A stretch of 64,000 bases of DNA from an uncultured Candidatus Saccharibacteria bacterium (GTDB lineage Bacteria; Patescibacteriota; Minisyncoccia; Phycocordibacterales; CAIRYW01): positions 28,731 to 92,730 of the forward strand of contig CAYLQP010000003.1 of assembly GCA_964386665.1 (NCBI GenBank). The letters run 5' to 3'. This document shows, in pieces, positions 1 to 8,545 of the stretch (position 1 is the first letter of the stretch; every line of letters begins with the position of its first letter). The position numbers and the translations under genes are program-made. The notes beneath the pieces were generated by a model. The model ran no database searches. It was not told the origin of the DNA and was given only the letters and a program-made list of their open reading frames with translations.

Positions 1-1269
1 ATCATAAGAAAAGTCGATAGTAAGTTTTGAGAGCGCGACGTTTGGAGTTACTTCTGTTACTACTGTTTGAACAAGCTCTTTCAGATCGAAATCAACGAAA
101 TCGTATTTCATTCGTCCTTGTTCAATACGTGTAATATCGAGATAATCTCCTACAATAACTACTAGCGCTTGCGTTGATTTGAAGATAGTTTCTATTGCTT
201 CTTTTAATTCTGAAGTAAGTTTACCGAAGTCTCCCTCAAGAAGCATTGAAGCATATCCCTTGATCGCTGTAAGCGGTCCTCGTAGTTGGTGAGATGCAAG
301 AGAGATGAACTCAGTCTTTTGTTCGTCGAGTTCCTTGAGTCGTCGGTTTGATTCTTCGAGTTTTTTGTTTGTTATATTTAATTCTTTTCTGGCTTCACTT
401 TCTTTTTTAATCGAACGAGTGAGAATCATTACAAAAATAATCGACATAAAGACCGTAATGACGGTCAAAACTAATCCGACAATATTTTTCGCAAAGAAAA
501 GCTCTGAAGCAACCAAAACAACAAGTACATATGCAATAAGTTGCTGTGACCACAAACGTAAATTAAATAGATTGAGACGAGAAATCGTAAATACAATAAT
601 AAGAAGGAAAACTGGTATCGCAAAGAGTCCAAAAAGCAAAATTTCATAGACACCTGTTTGACCTGCAATATAACCCGTTATTGAGAAAGTAAGTAGAAGC
701 AATAACAGACTTGAACCAATCAACAAAATTACACTCTTTTCTTTTGGCTGTTTTCTTAAAGTAAAAACAGTAGAAATAATAATCAAAAACATTATCAATA
801 TCTCTACACCTACTCTATATTTACTTAAGAAAGAACTATCTGTAGCTTCACAAACAGGATGATAAAAATCAATAATTGACAACCCTCTAATGGTTATATA
901 AAAAGCCGGCAAGGACAAAATAATAATCAACTTTTTTGCAATTTTATTGAAAGAGGGGTTATCAATAAGATTTGTAAAAAAATAAAAACTAAATAAAAAT
1001 GCAACAATCTCAAAATAATCAAGAACAGACCACCAAGCCACTATCAAATCATAATTATTAGATGCCCAAGTTACAAGATCACCAATAAGCCATAAAATTA
1101 AAAAACCAATAAAAAAAGAAAAAGAGATGTGAAGTGTTTGCTTATTTTTTTGACTAAGAACGTAAATACCTATAATTAAAAGAATAAATACAGGAACCAA
1201 GTGGGTGTAATAAGCAATAGGTCTTACTGCTGATGCGGTTGCTAAACATGTATTAATTAATTCTTGCAT
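1..1269 (-). CDS. Sensor histidine kinase, partial; the C-terminal catalytic part runs off the window edge
   Basis: Minus-strand translation from the ATG at 1269 gives about 210 aa of polytopic membrane domain, then a HisKA dimerisation/H-box (…EFISLASHQLRGPLTAIKGYASML…). It reads out of the window without a stop, so it is absent from the ORF track. The 305..649(+) and 471..668(-) ORFs lie inside it out of frame. Confidence 0.6.
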   Translation of the reverse strand, partial: MQELINTCLATASAVRPIAYYTHLVPVFILLIIGIYVLSQKNKQTLHISFSFFIGFLILWLIGDLVTWASNNYDLIVAWWSVLDYFEIVAFLFSFYFFTNLIDNPSFNKIAKKLIIILSLPAFYITIRGLSIIDFYHPVCEATDSSFLSKYRVGVEILIMFLIIISTVFTLRKQPKEKSVILLIGSSLLLLLLTFSITGYIAGQTGVYEILLFGLFAIPVFLLIIVFTISRLNLFNLRLWSQQLIAYVLVVLVASELFFAKNIVGLVLTVITVFMSIIFVMILTRSIKKESEARKELNITNKKLEESNRRLKELDEQKTEFISLASHQLRGPLTAIKGYASMLLEGDFGKLTSELKEAIETIFKSTQALVVIVGDYLDITRIEQGRMKYDFVDFDLKELVQTVVTEVTPNVALSKLTIDFSYD

Positions 1270-2104
1270 TTTTGATAGATTCTATATGATTAAATATATC
1301 ATCATTGTAACAAAACCAAAAATTCTCTCCTTCAATATCTGTGGGTTCAAGTGCAACTACGAGAGGTTTTAATTTAAATAAATTCTTAGTTTTTATAAAA
1401 TTTAATAAAAAGACCTGGTCAGTAAATCTTTTTTCTTTGCCTGTGAGGCAGAAATTTTCAAATAAAATATTATTTTGAACAAAAAGATTCATAACATAAT
1501 TATAATATTGTTCTGGTTTTTTTCCTACAATATTAAGCCAGGGTGAAATATCAAAAAAATTAGGCTGAGTATGTTTTGAATGTAATTGAAAAATTTTATG
1601 ATGAAAATCAACTAAAGATTGCCCCCACAAAGTCTCTACCTCAGATATTTTTTTACCGTCAAATTTATGAAAATCAATTACATTAATATTCCTTTTTTCT
1701 AAATTCTTTTTTTTGTAACCTAAATAAAAAGACAATCTAGCTAATGCTAATTTCATTGGGCTATTGGTTGTAAATTTATCTTCGAAATACTCTAAAAATA
1801 AATTAGAAACACCAAAACCATCTGATGCAGCTAAGAAACGTAAATTCTCAAAATTTGGAGTTGCAACCTGCCGAAACAAAACAAGTCTACCTTTGGGATC
1901 TAAAAACGGTTCTGGTATCCCAACTTTTTTAAAAAAACATTCTACTTTTTTCTTTAATCCAGAATCCTGTTGACGTTGATGGAGTTCTTTTATAGCTTGA
2001 TCAACGTCAGTATATACAAACTCATCAAATGCTTTTCGGTCATTCATTAATTTGTTTCGCCGCCAGTAGTATTCTATTGTGCTTCTAATATTATTCCAGA
2101 ACAT
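1253..2104 (-). CDS. Hypothetical protein (283 aa)
   Basis: Long AT-rich ORF with no recognisable motif. Its stop overlaps the HK start by 17 nt. Confidence 0.45.
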   Translation of the reverse strand: MFWNNIRSTIEYYWRRNKLMNDRKAFDEFVYTDVDQAIKELHQRQQDSGLKKKVECFFKKVGIPEPFLDPKGRLVLFRQVATPNFENLRFLAASDGFGVSNLFLEYFEDKFTTNSPMKLALARLSFYLGYKKKNLEKRNINVIDFHKFDGKKISEVETLWGQSLVDFHHKIFQLHSKHTQPNFFDISPWLNIVGKKPEQYYNYVMNLFVQNNILFENFCLTGKEKRFTDQVFLLNFIKTKNLFKLKPLVVALEPTDIEGENFWFCYNDDIFNHIESIKNARIN

Positions 2105-2186
2105 TTCGTATAAGAAAATAAGGCTTTTGTATATAATGACACTAAATAGTGTATCATATCTATCAAATTACAAAAACAATTTAAGA

Positions 2187-2369
2187 CTAAACTTTCTTCG
2201 CTAGAAACTTTAATATATGCCAATTTTTAAATTCACCTTTCATAGTCTTCCCTAGCCCTTTTTCTTCAGATTGCCAAAGCACACTAAATCCTGTTTTTTT
2301 AAGAAATTCAATCATCTCATTAAAATCAATTGGAGTTAAAAAATAACAAATATTATCACTATTACTCAC
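2187..2369 (-). CDS. Small hypothetical protein (60 aa)
   Basis: Short ORF only, no recognisable motif. Confidence 0.25.
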   Translation of the reverse strand: MSNSDNICYFLTPIDFNEMIEFLKKTGFSVLWQSEEKGLGKTMKGEFKNWHILKFLAKKV

Positions 2370-2445
2370 TTATATATTGACAAGTATTGTTTTTTAATGT
2401 TATTCTGTGTCCAGAATACTGTTATTTGACAACACTTTTCCTACT

Positions 2446-3015
2446 ATGATTATTTCACTCACCGGACCATCTGGTGCAGGTAAGGAGCACTTAAAAAAAG
2501 CCCTCCTGCAAAGATTTGTCACACTAAAAGAACTCTGCTGGACTACGACTCGTTCGTTACGCCCAGAGGAGTCTCAGGGTGTCACGCGTGAAAGTATTTC
2601 TAGACAAGAGTTTGATGAATTGGTGCAGGCTGACGAATTCATGTTCGTCCAGCAAGTATTCAATAATTCATATGGAATTCGTAAACATTTTTTGCGAACT
2701 GAATCAGGATTTTTCCTGACCGAATTTCATATTGAAAACCTGATACTCGCTCACTCGCAAGAGCTGTGTCCGGTAACCATCGGACTTATCCCTCAGAGCA
2801 TCGAGTTTCTGAAGGAACGGTTGAAACGAAGAGGAACGGAATCTGCGGAAGAAATTGCAGATCGCCTGTCCTCGGCCAAGAAAGAAGTCTCACTCATTAA
2901 CCAGCACAGACATTTATTCTCCCTTCTTGTAAAATTTTCGGGAGCAAACGAACACGCTGTCGCTGACATTGTCTCAGAATTCCTCAAACCTCACATCACT
3001 CCAGCAACCCCATGA
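2446..3015 (+). CDS. gmk: Guanylate kinase
   Basis: P-loop GPSGAGK directly after Met (MIISLTGPSGAGK) and a TTTRSLRPEE…G motif typical of GMP kinases. The ORF track offers an alternative GTG start at 2407. The gene lies in a GC-rich (~48%) block. Confidence 0.75.
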   Translation: MIISLTGPSGAGKEHLKKALLQRFVTLKELCWTTTRSLRPEESQGVTRESISRQEFDELVQADEFMFVQQVFNNSYGIRKHFLRTESGFFLTEFHIENLILAHSQELCPVTIGLIPQSIEFLKERLKRRGTESAEEIADRLSSAKKEVSLINQHRHLFSLLVKFSGANEHAVADIVSEFLKPHITPATP

Positions 3016-4169
3016 ACAAACTCCAAACTTCTGTTGGGGGTATCACATTTGAGACCCCGCTTCTACTCGCGTCTGGCTACATCACAGAAACACCAGACTT
3101 CTGCCTACGTTCGAAGCGATTCGGTTGTGCAGGTATGGTGACACGCTCTCTCAAGGAGCATGTGCCACCAGAACGATCACGGGTCCCATCACCACGTTAC
3201 AGCATCTTCGGTCAAACATCGATGCTCAACTGTGAATGGGGCAACGAGCATCCTTGGACCAACTGGAGAGATGGTTGGGCCGATAAAGTCAGATCTTCTG
3301 GCAATCGCCTGATTATTTCCTTCAGTGGAAGAGACATTGCAGGATGTGCAAACTTGATCGGAGCATTCGCTGAACAAGCAGATGCTTTCGAGATTAATGT
3401 GTCCTGCTCTCATTCGGGAGCTTTGCACGGTAATCTCAATCTTGACTTTGATCATCTTCGCGAACTTCTCCGAACCATCAGACCAATCACAAAAATTCCA
3501 ATCTGGCTCAAATTGTCTTACTCACCCATCGTGGTGGAGATGGCAAAAGTTGGCCAGGAGGAAGGCGCGGATGCCATAGTCTGCACCAACACGATTGGAC
3601 CTGGTCTACTCATCGATATTGAAACTGGCCTCCCAAAGGTTGGAATCAAAGGCGGTGCAGGTGGAGTTTCAGGCCCAGCGATTTTCCCAATCGCCATGCG
3701 CTGTGTCTATGAAATCAGTCAGGCAGTTACCATTCCTGTGGTTGGTGTCGGTGGCATATCCAGTGCTGAAGACGTCCTACAGATGATGATGGTTGGTGCC
3801 TCCGCTGTGCAACTTTACACATTGCCAGCACTCAAAGGTCCACGGTCGTTCAAAGCGATCAAAGAAGGTCTCATCAGTTTTCTCGATACTCACACTCAAT
3901 ACGGAAGCTTGCATGACATCGTTGGTCTAAGCCATAATAAGGCTAAGTCCCATCGGTTTATCGCACCTATTCCTACAGTATCAATCGACAAGTGCACAGG
4001 GTGTGGCATTTGTGTTTCAAGTTGTGCTTTCGATGCAATCAAACTCACCAAAGGTAGTGAGGGTCCGAAAGCAGAAATAAAAAGTAATTGCACAAGCTGT
4101 AACGCATGTCTCGGGGTATGCCCACCAGAACTTAATGCAATATCAACAACATTCACCAACCATGGCTAA
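3012..4169 (+). CDS. Dihydroorotate/dihydropyrimidine dehydrogenase family flavoprotein with C-terminal 2x[4Fe-4S] ferredoxin domain (PreA-like)
   Basis: Class-1 DHOD-like TIM-barrel motifs (…GGISSAEDVLQMMMVGASAVQLYT…) followed by two CxxCxxCxxxCP clusters (CTGCGICVSSC, CTSCNACLGVCPP). The ATGA start overlaps the gmk stop, indicating translational coupling. Confidence 0.65.
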   Translation: MNKLQTSVGGITFETPLLLASGYITETPDFCLRSKRFGCAGMVTRSLKEHVPPERSRVPSPRYSIFGQTSMLNCEWGNEHPWTNWRDGWADKVRSSGNRLIISFSGRDIAGCANLIGAFAEQADAFEINVSCSHSGALHGNLNLDFDHLRELLRTIRPITKIPIWLKLSYSPIVVEMAKVGQEEGADAIVCTNTIGPGLLIDIETGLPKVGIKGGAGGVSGPAIFPIAMRCVYEISQAVTIPVVGVGGISSAEDVLQMMMVGASAVQLYTLPALKGPRSFKAIKEGLISFLDTHTQYGSLHDIVGLSHNKAKSHRFIAPIPTVSIDKCTGCGICVSSCAFDAIKLTKGSEGPKAEIKSNCTSCNACLGVCPPELNAISTTFTNHG

Positions 4170-4422
4170 AAATAAGAAGAAAATATTCCCAATCGAGGTG
4201 TGTTGCACGGGGTGTAACTCTGTGCTTTACGAATACAACAAAGAGGGGGCCGGCTCTCTCGTGAAGTGCTTTGTGAGTGGTATCACCAAGGACCATACCA
4301 AAGGTGACCTGTGTTGTCAGAAGTGCGGAACCCAATTCTGCAGGCTCGGACAAATCGGACACCGTCCGATCCACAAAATTATCCAAGGAAAAGTGTTCAC
4401 CAAGGGCCATTGCCCGAAGTGA
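4162..4422 (+). CDS. Small Cys-rich zinc-ribbon protein
   Basis: MAKNKKK…CCTGCNS…CCQKCG: two Cys pairs typical of a zinc ribbon. A strong terminator follows. Confidence 0.4.
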   Translation: MAKNKKKIFPIEVCCTGCNSVLYEYNKEGAGSLVKCFVSGITKDHTKGDLCCQKCGTQFCRLGQIGHRPIHKIIQGKVFTKGHCPK

Positions 4423-4430
4423 TCAAGGAG

Positions 4431-4467
4431 GGTGACAGAGCAATCTGTCACCCTCTATTTTTATTTA
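4431..4467 (+). terminator. Rho-independent terminator
   Basis: Perfect 10-bp stem GGGTGACAGA/TCTGTCACCC with 4-nt loop, then a T-run (ctatttttatttat). Confidence 0.65.
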
Positions 4468-5067
4468 TAAATACCTTTTCTCTTCAAAATACCCTTTCTC
4501 AAAACTTTTGTAATCAAAGTTAATATTTGCTTCCCTGTTTAATGTATTCACATATTCAAAGAAATCATCCTTTGAGAAAACTTTTAAATTCAATTCGTCA
4601 CAAACTTGTTTGATAGATTTTTCTGCTTCGGGAGCACCTTCTGGTGAAGAAACTATCTCTGCTTCAAAAAAGAAACTATGATTTGGTACTTCTACAAGTG
4701 CAAACTCTATTCCCTTGTAATCATAGACCATACTATTACGAACACAGAGTACCCCCCTTTCATGTCCGAGCTCTCCAAACACCTTTACAAGTGATTCAAA
4801 TTTACCAGACTCTGTCTTTATTGATACCTCTTCTCTACTTTCTGTTCCACCCCATGATCCTAGCTTGAGTATTATCTCTGGTACACCGTTTGTCTCTCGT
4901 ATTCTTATGTCCTTAGTCCTGTTTTCCATTCCAGAAGAATAGTCGATAAGCACCCTCTCCTTCTTCCCTTTAAAAGTACCATTATTTGATAAAAAGGCAC
5001 TTAATCTATCCATCTCATCTTTAGTAAGAAGTCCTCTGATTTCTACTTCAATATCTTTATTACTCAT
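4465..5067 (-). CDS. CYTH-domain protein (class IV adenylate cyclase / triphosphatase-like)
   Basis: N-terminal IEVEIRGLL (ExExK/R β1 signature of CYTH) and acidic clusters later. Size (200 aa) is consistent with the family. Confidence 0.4.
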   Translation of the reverse strand: MSNKDIEVEIRGLLTKDEMDRLSAFLSNNGTFKGKKERVLIDYSSGMENRTKDIRIRETNGVPEIILKLGSWGGTESREEVSIKTESGKFESLVKVFGELGHERGVLCVRNSMVYDYKGIEFALVEVPNHSFFFEAEIVSSPEGAPEAEKSIKQVCDELNLKVFSKDDFFEYVNTLNREANINFDYKSFEKGYFEEKRYL

Positions 5068-5188
5068 AGTAATTATTCTAATGATTTATATATTAACTGT
5101 CTTATACACATACCCCTGTTTTAATTGATTCCAACACCCCTTTAGATTGTAAAAAGTCATAAAGCATAAAAACCAAAAGAAAAATGTT

Positions 5189-5575
5189 CTACTCTCCTTC
5201 TCCTCCGGAACAAACATCTCCTGCCTCAGCATTACATTTGGTTTCTTCGCAGTTTTTTGGATTGGCACAAAACTTCCCACACGTATCTTCGGGATTACAC
5301 CGTGCAAAGTCAAAACCCTTAATAACGTATCGATGATAGCTTTCAAGGCTATTTGGCGGACATTCTTCCGTTTCGCAGTCTCGAACAAAACAAGTTGAAG
5401 TAGTTGAATCACACGTAGTTTCAATAAAGATATCGTAGTTTTTTATTATAAAAAAACGAAGAAAACTCATCAGCATCACGAGAGCAAGAGAAATGAGAAA
5501 AAACTTTGAAACACGTGAGTTACTTTTTTGTAGTTCGAGGTCAGCTGGATTTTTTGTTTCTTCTACGGTTATCAT
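5189..5575 (-). CDS. Membrane-anchored cysteine-rich secreted protein
   Basis: One N-terminal TM helix followed by about 70 aa containing 10 Cys (CDSTTSTCFVRDCETEECPP…CGKFCANPKNCEETKC). Confidence 0.4.
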   Translation of the reverse strand: MITVEETKNPADLELQKSNSRVSKFFLISLALVMLMSFLRFFIIKNYDIFIETTCDSTTSTCFVRDCETEECPPNSLESYHRYVIKGFDFARCNPEDTCGKFCANPKNCEETKCNAEAGDVCSGGEGE

Positions 5576-5602
5576 ATGTTGTTTATTGTAACATACCTAA
5601 AA

Positions 5603-6514
5603 CTAATTTGTCACCAAATACACCCCAACCGCCATAATAAGAATTGAAACGAACTTAAGGGCTAAATTTTTCTTTGAGATATCTTCTTTGATAAATCGAG
5701 GAAACAAAAGAGTAAAAATAATACCAAGCAAAAAAACAAAAAGCGGTTGTACTGAATACTCAATCAAAATAATAATCGCAACAGGTGCCAACAAAATCGC
5801 ATAATTGTTTACAATAATCCCAATTGTCTCAAAAATTTGTTCAAGTATATTAACCCCTATTATGGTTTTACTGTTTTCCTTGAGAGCCTTGATGAACTGT
5901 TGTCGATATAGAGTTGATGCAAAACAAATAAGCCCAAACAAAAACATTCCAACCTGATTCCAAAATATAGAGGTCCAAAAAGAAAAATCTTCTACTGCTG
6001 CTTTTTTAAACAAAACATTACCAAGCGCTAGATAAACAGAAGATACAATCATTGTATAAAAAATCTCTTTTCGAAGTTTGAGTTTTCCATTTCTTTTTTT
6101 AAATGATAAAAGCAATGCACCAAAAAGCACAATAACTCCTCCTATAATTTTGTGTTGTTCGATTTGTTCAGACAGCAAAAACAAACCAAAAAAGTACGTA
6201 AATACTGGTGTTAATTGCCAAAACGGCACAACAAGCGATGCGTCTTCTTTCTCAAGTGCATCAAGATATAAAAGCACAGCCATGTTGTACAAGAGACCTG
6301 TTGCTAAAAGTAATGCAACATCATATATAGATACAGTAAATACATCTGGACTGAATACAAAAATAATCAACGCAAGTGGCAATGCAATTACCCCAACAAA
6401 AATCATTAGTGCACCAATACCACCTTTGAAATACTTCGACACCAAATACTTATCAACGTGATTTACAATACTCCAGATAAACGGTGCGATAAGTGCAATG
6501 ATAATCCAAGACAT
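5603..6514 (-). CDS. EamA/DMT-superfamily transporter (10 TM)
   Basis: 303 aa with ten hydrophobic helices arranged as two EamA-like halves. Confidence 0.6.
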   Translation of the reverse strand: MSWIIIALIAPFIWSIVNHVDKYLVSKYFKGGIGALMIFVGVIALPLALIIFVFSPDVFTVSIYDVALLLATGLLYNMAVLLYLDALEKEDASLVVPFWQLTPVFTYFFGLFLLSEQIEQHKIIGGVIVLFGALLLSFKKRNGKLKLRKEIFYTMIVSSVYLALGNVLFKKAAVEDFSFWTSIFWNQVGMFLFGLICFASTLYRQQFIKALKENSKTIIGVNILEQIFETIGIIVNNYAILLAPVAIIILIEYSVQPLFVFLLGIIFTLLFPRFIKEDISKKNLALKFVSILIMAVGVYLVTN

Positions 6515-6523
6515 GGTTTAGTT

Positions 6524-6566
6524 ATTAGCTGTTAGGTTATTAGGCTTTAGGCGCTAGCTTTTAGTT
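6524..6566. repeat. Short intergenic repeat (family member C, inverted relative to D/E)
   Basis: ttaggttattaggctttaggcgctagcttttag is the reverse-complement relative of the 7941..7978 copy and shares ttaggctYtRggcRctagc with copies A and B. Confidence 0.45.
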
Positions 6567-6591
6567 ACAAGTCATTAATTATGAGTTAATC

Positions 6592-7752
6592 TCATTTGAT
6601 TTTCCTAAAGAACATTTTACCTTTTTGGAGAATATCATTTGGTGCAAGAGTAAGTGCGACATCAGTGACTACTTCACCGTTTACTTTTACTCCTTTTTCT
6701 TCAATCAATCGGCGAGCCTCACCCTTGCTTGTAACAGCAGAAGTTTCGATAAGCACTGCAACAATGTTGTAATCACTTGGCGTCACTTCTTCAAGATCAT
6801 CTGGAATCTCCTTTTTTGAAAAGGTTGAAATCCAATACTGCTCCGCCTTTTCTGCATCTTGTTTTGAGTGATACATTTCAACCAAAGTTCCTGCAAGTTT
6901 CATTTTGATATCGCGAGGGTTTACCCCATCAGCCAAACTTTTTTCATAGATTGCGATTTCTTCAAGTGATAGCCGTGTAAGTAACATAAAGTATTTCACT
7001 ACAAATTCATCTTTCAGTGACATAAGCTTACCAAACATATCGTTTGGGGTATCAAACAAGTTTACTGTATTACCCCAACTTGAGCTCATCTTGCGTCCAT
7101 CGAGCCCTTCGATGATTGGACCTGTAAGAATGTCTTGTGGTTCTTGTCCGTATTCTTTTTGAAGATCACGTCCAGCAAGAAGATTGAACTTCTGATCAGT
7201 TCCTCCAAGTTCTACATCTGCTTTTACGGCGACTGAATCATACCCTTGCATCAAAGGATAAAGAAGCTCACGAAGCGACACTCGTTTTCCTTCATCGAGT
7301 CGCTTCTTGATGTTTTCTCTTGAAATAAAGTTAGAGAGTGAAAACACATCAGCATGTCGTCCGATATCTCCGTAATTCAAGGGACCAAGCCACTCTGAGT
7401 TGTATCTGATTTCGGTTTTTGCAATATCAATGATTTTGCCAGCTTGTTCAATATAGGTTTCTAAATTTTTTTTGATTGTGTCACTTTGAAGCATTGGTCG
7501 TTCACTATCCTTATCTGACGTATCTCCAACCACCCCCGTGAAGTCTCCAATAATGAGTACAACTTGATGCCCTGCTTGTTGAAAATCGCGAAGTTTAAGA
7601 AGAGGAATAGATCGACCCAAATGAATATTTGGACTTGTTGGATCAATACCAAGCTTCACTCGAAGTCTCTCTCCGTTTTGAAGTCGTTTTTCTAAGTGCT
7701 CTCGGTCAATGATTTCTTCAACCCCTCGTTCTAATATTGTTTTAATATCCAT
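6592..7752 (-). CDS. tyrS: Tyrosyl-tRNA synthetase
   Basis: HIGH-region GIDPTSPNIHLGR, KMSKS variant KMSSSWGN, GGTDQ, and a C-terminal S4-like domain (RRLIEEKGVKVNG). The probable true start is MDIKTILERG; the track start at 7788 is a TTG. Confidence 0.85.
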   Translation of the reverse strand: MDIKTILERGVEEIIDREHLEKRLQNGERLRVKLGIDPTSPNIHLGRSIPLLKLRDFQQAGHQVVLIIGDFTGVVGDTSDKDSERPMLQSDTIKKNLETYIEQAGKIIDIAKTEIRYNSEWLGPLNYGDIGRHADVFSLSNFISRENIKKRLDEGKRVSLRELLYPLMQGYDSVAVKADVELGGTDQKFNLLAGRDLQKEYGQEPQDILTGPIIEGLDGRKMSSSWGNTVNLFDTPNDMFGKLMSLKDEFVVKYFMLLTRLSLEEIAIYEKSLADGVNPRDIKMKLAGTLVEMYHSKQDAEKAEQYWISTFSKKEIPDDLEEVTPSDYNIVAVLIETSAVTSKGEARRLIEEKGVKVNGEVVTDVALTLAPNDILQKGKMFFRKIK

Positions 7753-7812
7753 ACAGACAATAGTACAATATTTTTGAGATAGGTGCAAAAAAGGTAAAAA
7801 AGTGATTAGAAA

Positions 7813-7872
7813 GTTAGGCTCTGGGCACTAGCCAGTTAAATAAACAAATAACAAGCACTAAATAACAAACAA
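7813..7872. repeat. Short intergenic repeat (family member A)
   Basis: About 60 bp, ~90% identical to 11986..12044: ttaggctctgggcactagccagtt…aataaacaaataacaagcactaaataacaaacaa. Confidence 0.6.
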
Positions 7873-7906
7873 AATTCAATGACCAATGACTAATAATGAA
7901 AAACAA

Positions 7907-7935
7907 TTCCCCACACACCAGGGGTGTGTGGGGAA
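7907..7935. repeat. Perfect GC-rich palindrome / hairpin
   Basis: ttCCCCACACACC agg GGTGTGTGGGGaa: a 13-bp stem with a 3-nt loop. Confidence 0.5.
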
Positions 7936-7940
7936 CCAAA

Positions 7941-7978
7941 ACCTAAAGCCTAAAAGCTAATGCCTAATAGCTAACCTC
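7941..7978. repeat. Short intergenic repeat (family member D)
   Basis: cctaaagcctaaaagctaatgcctaatagctaacct is related to 8507..8545 and is the inverse of 6524..6566. Confidence 0.45.
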
Positions 7979-8049
7979 GCTTCCTTGTAAAAGAATGTAT
8001 TTTAGGTAATCTAAAGGGTAGCTGCTAAACAACCCAGCTCTTTATTATT

Positions 8050-8466
8050 ATGGTAAACGACTTTCAAACATGGTGCTTAGGCCGACATATGGCACAAGCA
8101 ACCGCAATGTTGCTCACCGATTCACCAAACGAACCTCATCTCGTGCTCCTGCATGGTCAAGGCAATCCAATTCTTCCGTGGGGTGACCTCCCTGCATCGA
8201 TTCCCTACGGGTCTGTCACCATCAAACCGGATGTGAGATGGGCAATTGGGAACAGTCTGGTCAGCTTCAAAACCTTTTGGACAGAGGCAGTAGCACGACA
8301 CCATCGAGACGGTGCAGCAATACACGGCACAAAAATATCGGTTGAATTAATCGGAACGTCAATTGGGAACAGTGCAATATTAACTGCCCCTAAAACCACT
8401 GACAGTAATGGCCGCTGGACGCTCAGTGGTCATGTCGTGATCATATTAAGATCAATTGGTTACTAA
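8050..8466 (+). CDS. Hypothetical protein in a GC-rich block of foreign composition (138 aa); a non-coding alternative is not excluded
   Basis: About 50% GC against a ~35% background. ORFs are open on both strands. There is an internal 14-bp direct repeat (caattgggaacagt at ~8248 and ~8358, giving AIGNS/SIGNS at protein level). A + strand terminator lies immediately 3'. Confidence 0.35.
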   Translation: MVNDFQTWCLGRHMAQATAMLLTDSPNEPHLVLLHGQGNPILPWGDLPASIPYGSVTIKPDVRWAIGNSLVSFKTFWTEAVARHHRDGAAIHGTKISVELIGTSIGNSAILTAPKTTDSNGRWTLSGHVVIILRSIGY

Positions 8467-8490
8467 CTCGGTTCGCCGAGTTTTTTTTAT
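8465..8490 (+). terminator. Rho-independent terminator
   Basis: ctcgg-ttcg-ccgag hairpin followed by T8. Confidence 0.6.
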
Positions 8491-8506
8491 TTCCCAAAAA
8501 CTATTG

Positions 8507-8545
8507 CCTAACAACCCAAGGCCTAAAAAGTTAGTAGCTAACCTA
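8507..8545. repeat. Short intergenic repeat (family member E)
   Basis: cctaacaacccaaggcctaaaaagttagtagctaacct shares gcctaaaag.ta and tagctaacct with copy D. Confidence 0.4.

Noticed and set aside
305-668. ORFs 305..649(+) and 471..668(-) from the track
   Set aside because: They lie inside the minus-strand histidine-kinase gene (1..1269), out of frame or antisense. The kinase reading frame is continuous and gives the HisKA motif, so these are artefacts.
5086-5424. 112-aa minus-strand ORF overlapping the Cys-rich protein gene
   Set aside because: It is out of frame with the better-supported 5189..5575 ORF (TM helix plus Cys-rich domain). It has no features of its own.
7786-7788. TTG start for tyrS at 7788 (track start), and upstream starts for mraZ (49049), the methyltransferase (56922), gmk (2407), SPFH (49567) and ftsQ (33886)
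   Set aside because: In each case an internal ATG gives the canonical family N-terminus (MDIKTIL…, MLIGEFTHT…, MIISLTGPSGAGK, MKIIFYLL…) or avoids running into a terminator or the upstream gene. The longer track ORFs are upstream read-through.
8122-8399. Minus-strand ORFs (67 and 64 aa) inside the GC-rich 8050..8466 block
   Set aside because: They are a by-product of high GC (few stops). The + strand ORF, with its terminator and internal peptide repeat, is the more parsimonious reading.
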